A DNA stretch of 64,000 bases from a bacterium (GTDB taxonomy: Bacteria; Fidelibacterota; UBA2242). Within the stretch, counting starts at the first letter, position 1. Every line of letters begins with the position of its first letter. The position numbers were made by a program, and so were the translations under genes. The DNA lies in assembly GCA_018824205.1 (NCBI GenBank), contig JAHJGX010000058.1:54366-118365 (forward strand), in the 5' to 3' direction. A model generated the notes under the pieces. The model was not told the DNA's origin, searched no databases, and saw only the letters and a program-made list of their open reading frames with translations. Shown one piece after another: positions 58,436-64,000 of this stretch.

Positions 58436-58729
58436 ATGAACAAGGATGAAATAATTCAGATTTTAAAAGAAAATAAAAAGGTCATGACTGATCAGTACGG
58501 TATAATCCAAATCGGTATTTTCGGCAGCTATGTACACAGCCTACAAAATGAGGGAAGCGATATCGATATCGCAATAGAAATGACCAAAGAAAAAAAGAAT
58601 CTCCACAATTTCCTGGCTCTAAAACGATTCCTGGAACAACAACTGGGGAGAAATGTTGACCTGGGTTTTAAGCACTCCCTAAAACCGACAGTTAGCAATT
58701 ATATTGAAGCAACCATAATATATGTCTGA
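58436..58729 (+). CDS. nucleotidyltransferase (MNT-type antitoxin)
   Basis: GS-x10-DID motif (FGSYVHSLQNEGSDIDIAI), 97 aa. Confidence 0.7.
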   Translation: MNKDEIIQILKENKKVMTDQYGIIQIGIFGSYVHSLQNEGSDIDIAIEMTKEKKNLHNFLALKRFLEQQLGRNVDLGFKHSLKPTVSNYIEATIIYV

Positions 58730-59069
58730 TATATCTAAGAAAGATCAATTATATCTGGATGATATTCTTGAATCGGCGCAAGCAATTCAAGGATATGTTG
58801 AAAACATTGATTTGCTAACTTTTATTAAAGACCGAAAAACATATTCTGCTACTATCCGTGAGTTTCAGATAATTGGCGAAGCTGTCAATAATCTTTCTGA
58901 CGATATTAAGAGCAACTACCCGAAAACAGCGTGGCAGGATATTAAAGATTTTCGGAATATTTTAATTCATGAATACTTTGGAATTGATCTGGAACTTGTC
59001 TGGAATGTTATTCAGGAAGATCTGCCTGAATTAATCAATATTGCTAAAGAGATAAAAAAGAGCCTTTGA
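58722..59069 (+). CDS. HepT-like HEPN toxin (DUF86 family)
   Basis: R-x4-6-H HEPN motif (RNILIHEY) near the C-terminus. 8-nt overlap with the MNT gene. Confidence 0.7.
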   Translation: MSDISKKDQLYLDDILESAQAIQGYVENIDLLTFIKDRKTYSATIREFQIIGEAVNNLSDDIKSNYPKTAWQDIKDFRNILIHEYFGIDLELVWNVIQEDLPELINIAKEIKKSL

Positions 59070-59179
59070 CAAAGATTTTTTCTTCCTCGCCACGCCCGCC
59101 CAGAATTATCTCTCGCCCGCCTGACTTCGTCTTTCGGGCAGGCAGAGTCCGCAAAGCAGAAAGTTAGTAAGTAGGATGG

Positions 59180-59293
59180 TTTAAACTACTAATTTCGCAG
59201 ATTAAGCGAATTAAGAAAAATAAAAATTAGTGTAATCCGTGTAATTCGTAGTTAAAAAATCTCTGTATAATTCGTAGTTAAAAGGTTCTTCTT
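59180..59293 (+). repeat. repeat family B, copy 3 (divergent 5' part, tandem core copy)
   Basis: tttaaactactaatttcgc...gtaatccgtgtaattcgtagttaaaaaatctctgtataattcgtagttaaaagg directly upstream of fcl. Confidence 0.55.
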
Positions 59294-60256
59294 ATGGAAA
59301 AGAATTCCAAGATTTACATCGCCGGTAATACCGGTCTGGTGGGATCCGCTTTAGTCCGTAAATTCACCTCCGAGGGCTACACCAACCTCGTTTTCACTCC
59401 CTATCCCGAATATGATCTCCGCAAGCAGCCACAGACGACTGATTTTTTCGAACGTGAAAAACCGGAATATGTCATCATTGCGGCTGGCAAGGTGGGTGGG
59501 ATTATCGCCAATAACAGCTATCGCGCCGAATTCATTTACGATAATATTATGATCGCATCCAATATCATTCATGCGGCCTATCTAAGCAAAGTAAAACAAT
59601 TAATTTTTCTGGGCAGTTCCTGTATCTATCCGAAAAATTGTCCGCAGCCGATGAAAGAAGAATATCTGCTGACGGGCCCCCTGGAACCGACCAATGAGCC
59701 CTATGGGATTGCGAAAATTGCCGGTATCAAGCTCTGTGAAAGTTATTACCGCCAGTACGGCTGCAATTTCTATTCAGTCATGCCCACGAATCTGTATGGC
59801 CCTAACGATAACTTCGATTTGGAAACGTCCCATGTTCTGCCGGCCTTAGTCAGGAAATTTCATGAAGCCAAAATAAAAAATAATAAGGAAGTTACTATCT
59901 GGGGGACCGGCCAGCCCCGGAGGGAATTTCTGCATGTTGATGATCTGGCTGATGCCATTCTATTTCTATGTTTAAACATCAATTCGGAAGAGATATTTAA
60001 ACAGGGCATTAGTCATCTGAATATTGGATCCGGCGAAGAAATATCCATATCTAAATTAGCAGAATTGATTAAAAAAACAGTGGGGTTTACTGGTCAAATC
60101 CAATTTGATGAATCAAAGCCCGATGGAATGCTCAGAAAATTGTTATCAAGCGCACGATTAAACGAACTTGGCTGGGAAAAAACGATTACAATGGAAGTCG
60201 GAATTTTAAAATTATATGAATGGTATTTAAAGAGTTCCCAGAACCGACATTCTTGA
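59294..60256 (+). CDS. fcl: GDP-L-fucose synthase (GDP-4-keto-6-deoxy-D-mannose 3,5-epimerase/4-reductase)
   Basis: N-terminal IYIAGNTGLVGSAL, SDR-fold catalytic Y...K, 320 aa. Paired with gmd. Confidence 0.9.
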   Translation: MEKNSKIYIAGNTGLVGSALVRKFTSEGYTNLVFTPYPEYDLRKQPQTTDFFEREKPEYVIIAAGKVGGIIANNSYRAEFIYDNIMIASNIIHAAYLSKVKQLIFLGSSCIYPKNCPQPMKEEYLLTGPLEPTNEPYGIAKIAGIKLCESYYRQYGCNFYSVMPTNLYGPNDNFDLETSHVLPALVRKFHEAKIKNNKEVTIWGTGQPRREFLHVDDLADAILFLCLNINSEEIFKQGISHLNIGSGEEISISKLAELIKKTVGFTGQIQFDESKPDGMLRKLLSSARLNELGWEKTITMEVGILKLYEWYLKSSQNRHS

Positions 60257-60418
60257 TCTGTGCCGGCAATGAACGGGAAAATGAACCCAAAGGTTTTCAA
60301 TGGCGCCTGTGAATTGCGAAAATTCAATCAATAAGTCATTCAATCGGGTAAACACCACAATGGCATTATCAAGGACAAGCCAGATGAACAAGAATGAAAT
60401 CATGGATGTGTTAATTTC

Positions 60419-61372
60419 ATGAAAGTCATCGAATTTTTAAATAAAGCCAAAGATCCGCTGATCAGCTTTGAGATCATTCCCCCGGACCGCGGCCGGAGTG
60501 CCGACGTGATCTATCGGATCGTGGAAGAGCTGATGGTTTTCAAGCCGCCCTTTATCGATGTGACCAGTCACGCTGCCGATGCGAAATACGTGGAGCAGGC
60601 GGACGGCAGTTTCAGCCGTAAAATTACCCGCAAGCGGCCGGGCACCATCGGGCTGTCGGCCGCCATTAAGTACCGCTACAAAGTGGAGACCGTGGTGCAC
60701 CTGCTCTGTACCGGCTTTACCCGGGAAGAGACCGAAGACGCCCTGGTGGAACTGAATTACCTGGGTATTGAAAATGTCATGGCCCTGCGCGGTGATATCA
60801 GCGATTACAAGAAATCCATCCAGCCGAACCGCACGGTAAACGCCTATGCCGTGGACCTGGTCAGCCAGATCAGCCATATGAATCAAGGGCTCTTTCTGGA
60901 TGACGAACTGGAGGCCGATCGGACGGATTTCTGCATTGGTGTGGCCGCGTACCCCGAAAAGCATGATGAAGCCCCCAGCCTGGACGCCGACATCCGCTAC
61001 CTGAAACAAAAAGTCGATACAGGCGCGGATTACATTGTGACCCAGATGATCTTTGATAACCGGAAATATTTTCACTTCGTGGAACTATGCCGGGCCGCCG
61101 GGATTCAGGTACCCATCATTCCGGGGATCAAACTGCTGACGAGCCGCAATCATTTGAGCTCCTTGCCGCGGCATTTCAATGTCAGTTTTCCCGATGATCT
61201 GGTCCGGAATGTACTGGATGCCAAAGACGATGCAGAGGTAAAAGAGATCGGCGGCGCCTTTGCCCGGAAGCAGGTGGAAGAGTTGCTGAACGCCAAAGTC
61301 CCCTGTATCCATTTTTACGTCATGCAGCAGGCCAAGACGGTCAAGAAACTGATTCAAGGGCTGGGGATTTAA
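60419..61372 (+). CDS. metF: methylenetetrahydrofolate reductase
   Basis: MetF fold features (SFEIIPP, FAD-binding region), 317 aa. Confidence 0.8.
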   Translation: MKVIEFLNKAKDPLISFEIIPPDRGRSADVIYRIVEELMVFKPPFIDVTSHAADAKYVEQADGSFSRKITRKRPGTIGLSAAIKYRYKVETVVHLLCTGFTREETEDALVELNYLGIENVMALRGDISDYKKSIQPNRTVNAYAVDLVSQISHMNQGLFLDDELEADRTDFCIGVAAYPEKHDEAPSLDADIRYLKQKVDTGADYIVTQMIFDNRKYFHFVELCRAAGIQVPIIPGIKLLTSRNHLSSLPRHFNVSFPDDLVRNVLDAKDDAEVKEIGGAFARKQVEELLNAKVPCIHFYVMQQAKTVKKLIQGLGI

Positions 61373-61424
61373 TAAAGACTAACTAAGTTCTAATTATCCA
61401 TTACCTTTTCATGAAAAATGAACA

Positions 61425-61796
61425 ATGCTTTTATTAATCGATAAAAAAATAGATACCATAACGATCCTGAAATTATGCCAGGCCCATTTTGGTAATTTCA
61501 TTAAGTTTGTGGCTGATATTGACCGGAAGGTAATCGCCGCTGGCGGTGAGATGCATGCCGATGCAGAAGTATTACTATTAAATAATGGGTCAAAACAGGT
61601 ATCCTTGTGGGGCGCCAACCTGTATCCTGAGAATGAACCGGAAAAACGGATTGAATTTGAATCCTTTATCAATATCCGTCCATTGGACGATAATATGGCG
61701 CTGACAGTTCAGAATGCGGAAATCCGGCATAAAATAAAAAACCTTGTCGAGGCTCTGTTATTATCTCCTGAAGAGCTTATTCAACTTGAGGATTAA
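61425..61796 (+). CDS. DUF5674-like protein
   Basis: 123 aa. The pattern ...HFGNFIKFVADIDRKVIAAGGEMHADAEVLLLNNGSKQVSLWGANLYPE resembles the DUF5674 family. Confidence 0.4.
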   Translation: MLLLIDKKIDTITILKLCQAHFGNFIKFVADIDRKVIAAGGEMHADAEVLLLNNGSKQVSLWGANLYPENEPEKRIEFESFINIRPLDDNMALTVQNAEIRHKIKNLVEALLLSPEELIQLED

Positions 61797-62164
61797 TGCC
61801 CATTTATCATAAAACATTGCAGGATCGATTTGGCACATTTCCCCAAGCGCAACAGATATTAATGATCTGCAATGAATTGAACCGGGCCGGGACCCAGGCA
61901 GAAAGATTTGACTATTACCAACATCATATAATCCTGGCTATGGAGCTGCTGGATTTTTTAATACGTGACCAAAAGTGGGCACCCAAATATAGAGAAATTT
62001 TGAGAGCCCGGGAAATGCTGGGGCAGTATTACTTGTCTTCGGATAAGGATCTGAAAAAATATACTGATAATCTTATTAAATTGTCTCCGGAAGCCTTCCG
62101 GATGCTGAAACCAAGCAAGCCAATAGAGATAATTTCAGGAGCAATTCAGGCAGACAAAACTTAG
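61796..62164 (+). CDS. hypothetical protein (122 aa)
   Basis: ORF translationally coupled to the upstream gene (ATGCCC overlap at 61796). No recognizable motif. Confidence 0.35.
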   Translation: MPIYHKTLQDRFGTFPQAQQILMICNELNRAGTQAERFDYYQHHIILAMELLDFLIRDQKWAPKYREILRAREMLGQYYLSSDKDLKKYTDNLIKLSPEAFRMLKPSKPIEIISGAIQADKT

Positions 62165-62174
62165 TGGAATCTTC

Positions 62175-63539
62175 ATGCAAAACCACATAACTGAAATTAT
62201 CAATAACGGGGAAGATCAACAGTCAGAGTTTAAGCCGAACTTCAGTAAGGAACTTATTGAAACTGTGGGTGCATTTTCTAATTCAAGGGGCGGGAAAATT
62301 CTCGTTGGTGTTAACGACTCCGGGCAAATAACGGGCGTCAACGCAAATGAAGAAATTATCAAAGACTGGATGAACAACATTAAGTTGGATACCCAACCCC
62401 AGTTGTTTCCCTCAATGAACCTCATTGACGTTGATAATAAGACGGTTGTTGAAATTTCGGTGCCGGAATATCCTCTCAAACCAGTATCATACAAGGGACG
62501 GTATTATAATAGAACGGGTGCGTCTAACCATCTGGTTCCATTGAATGAAATTGTGGAAATGCAATTGAATAGCCTCAACAGCTCTTTTGATTCCTTTCCG
62601 GTTTCTGAATCGATTGATGATCTTTTACCCGATGTTATCGTATCCTACTTTCGCGAGGTGAAAAACAGGGGACGTATTGAATTGTCCGATAACAATCGGT
62701 TAAATCTTGAAAAAACGGGATTTATTCGGAAGGGTAAAATATCATTTGCAGCTCTATTGATGTTTGGAGAACACCATATGGGGATTCATATTGGTCGCTT
62801 TAAAACTCCCGATGTGATCATTGATGATATTTTGATTAAATCACCGCTGGTGAATGCAATTAATGATGCAATGAGCTTTATTAAGAAAAACATTAGTGTC
62901 GCTTTTGAGTTTACAAACGATACCCGTAGAGTTGAAAAATGGCAATATCCGTTGCCGGTAATTAGAGAATTATTATTAAATGCCGTGATTCACAAAGATT
63001 ACCGTAATCCAACCGATATCATCATTAAAATTTATGATCACAAAATTGAGATTACGAATCCCGGTAGCCTGATGGGTGGGTTAACGCCTGAAGATTTACA
63101 GACCGATCATTATATTGCCGTTCATAGAAACAAACTTCTGGCTGAAGCTTTCTATCTGCGAGGTGATGTTGAGAAATATGGAACCGGGTTTATTCGAATC
63201 AGGGAGTTTCTGCGCGATTGTCCAGAAGTAACGCTAGACGTAAATCCGCAGGGGGATTTTATCCGGACAATATTAGCTGATAAAAAGCTTACCCCGCATG
63301 ATACCCCGCAAGTTGAAAAACTTATAGCGGTCATGCTTGGATCGATGAAACGGGATGAGTTGCAGAACAAATTAGAATTAGCAGATCGTGAATATTTTAG
63401 AAAATATTATTTGATACCTGCTCTGAATTCCGGGTTGATAGAGATGACAATTCCGGGCAAACCTAAGAGTAAAAACCAGAAATACAGACTGACGGATAGC
63501 GGTAAACTGATACTGGAAATGAACAGGAATAGTGGATAA
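62175..63539 (+). CDS. AlbA_2 (Schlafen-like divergent AAA) domain + HATPase_c_4 domain protein. Putative ATP-binding transcriptional regulator / RecG-C-terminal-like.
   Basis: N-terminal AlbA_2 signature (EDQQSEFKPNFS...ETVGAFSNSRGGKILVGVND) and a C-terminal HATPase-like region (LLLNAVIHKDY...GTGF). 454 aa. Confidence 0.6.
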   Translation: MQNHITEIINNGEDQQSEFKPNFSKELIETVGAFSNSRGGKILVGVNDSGQITGVNANEEIIKDWMNNIKLDTQPQLFPSMNLIDVDNKTVVEISVPEYPLKPVSYKGRYYNRTGASNHLVPLNEIVEMQLNSLNSSFDSFPVSESIDDLLPDVIVSYFREVKNRGRIELSDNNRLNLEKTGFIRKGKISFAALLMFGEHHMGIHIGRFKTPDVIIDDILIKSPLVNAINDAMSFIKKNISVAFEFTNDTRRVEKWQYPLPVIRELLLNAVIHKDYRNPTDIIIKIYDHKIEITNPGSLMGGLTPEDLQTDHYIAVHRNKLLAEAFYLRGDVEKYGTGFIRIREFLRDCPEVTLDVNPQGDFIRTILADKKLTPHDTPQVEKLIAVMLGSMKRDELQNKLELADREYFRKYYLIPALNSGLIEMTIPGKPKSKNQKYRLTDSGKLILEMNRNSG

Positions 63540-63543
63540 GCAG

Positions 63544-64000
63544 GTGCCCCAAAACTTTGACCTCCACACTCACAGCAATGCATCCGATGGATCCTATTCA
63601 CCGGGTGATCTGGTTAAACTGGCTGCCGAGAGTGGCGTCACTACTCTGGCCTTGACCGATCATGATACCGTCAGCGGTGTCGTTGAGGCGGTTGTTGCCG
63701 GAAAGAAGTTTGGCGTTACAGTTATCCCGGGGGTGGAGATCAGCATCGATTTTGCACCGGGGGCCATGCATATTTGCGGCTATTATCTGGATATTGACAA
63801 TCCCGAGCTGCAGGCGGGTTTGAATTTTGTCCAGGTCGCCCGCCGGAACCGCAACCCGCGGATTATCGAAAAACTGAAGGTGTTGGGATTGAATATCACC
63901 CTGGATGAGGTCAAGGCTGCGGCCGGTCCCGATCAGCTGGGCCGTCCCCATTTTGCCAAAGTGTTGGTTCAAAAAGGATATGCCAATGACACGCAGGAGG
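63544..64000 (+). CDS. partial CDS (5' part; continues beyond window): PHP-domain phosphoesterase (TrpH/YciV-like)
   Basis: GTG start. LHTHSNASDGSYSP...LALTDHDTV...GVEIS PHP metal-binding motifs. No stop before the window end. Antisense ORFs 63598-63972 (-) are rejected. Confidence 0.6.
   Translation, partial: MPQNFDLHTHSNASDGSYSPGDLVKLAAESGVTTLALTDHDTVSGVVEAVVAGKKFGVTVIPGVEISIDFAPGAMHICGYYLDIDNPELQAGLNFVQVARRNRNPRIIEKLKVLGLNITLDEVKAAAGPDQLGRPHFAKVLVQKGYANDTQE

Noticed and set aside
58246-58449. 67-aa ORF MKKALITPIRFVTGQALRLPLSHYAHSS… as a real gene
   Set aside because: Only the first 7 residues resemble anything, the gmd N-terminus. The rest is low-complexity and overlaps the GC-rich repeat motifs. 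It is interpreted as a decayed 5' remnant rather than a functional gene.

Overview
This 64 kb window comes from a Gram-negative bacterium, probably in the FCB group (Bacteroidota-like). Evidence is two proteins with T9SS C-terminal sorting domains, a batABCDE aerotolerance operon, GxxExxY genes and DUF5020/DUF4321-type proteins. GC is about 52%, and TGA, TAA and TAG are all used as stops, so this is genetic code 11. No rRNA, tRNA or CRISPR is visible. Throughout this report, ORF-track 'M' at TTG/GTG codons means the track calls alternative starts.

Positions 1 to 35 kb are a dense, plus-strand, translationally coupled housekeeping block. It contains yicC-gmk-rpoZ-coaBC-udg(family 4)-dnaB-relA/spoT-hup-lnt, ecfT, truA, an HtrA-like protease, purB-purC, psd-pssA, purS-purQ, tatA, batA-E, a SPOR protein, yebC-ruvC-ruvA-gcvT-ftsK, and LolA-like and UPF0104 flippase-like proteins.

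Positions 35 to 60 kb are a surface polysaccharide locus. It carries a Wzc-type BY-kinase, a WbpA/B/D/E-like set for a UDP-2,3-diacetamido-uronic acid, and gmd plus fcl for GDP-fucose. Accessory cassettes interrupt it heavily:
- a beta-class DNA methyltransferase with an unknown 327-aa partner
- two paralogous T9SS cargo proteins, each followed by a small peptide carrying a lasso-type leader motif (YxxPRI ... [IL]QTN)
- directly downstream, an S24-like peptidase, an NTP_transf_5 nucleotidyltransferase, a PqqD (RRE) protein and an HprK-related kinase. This is the most interesting candidate in the window. It looks like a RiPP-like, lasso-related but cyclase-less peptide modification system
- a HicB/HicA pair whose hicA has an in-frame TGA, and two MNT-HepT TA pairs
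- three GxxExxY copies: one intact, one with an in-frame TAA, one 5' fragment
- 5' remnants of a wbpB paralog and of a gmd-like gene next to the TA cassettes, and two families of about 60 to 100 bp upstream repeats
- a PHP-domain gene near the start that is split by a frameshift.

The window ends with metF, DUF-type proteins, an AlbA_2/HATPase protein and a partial PHP-domain gene.
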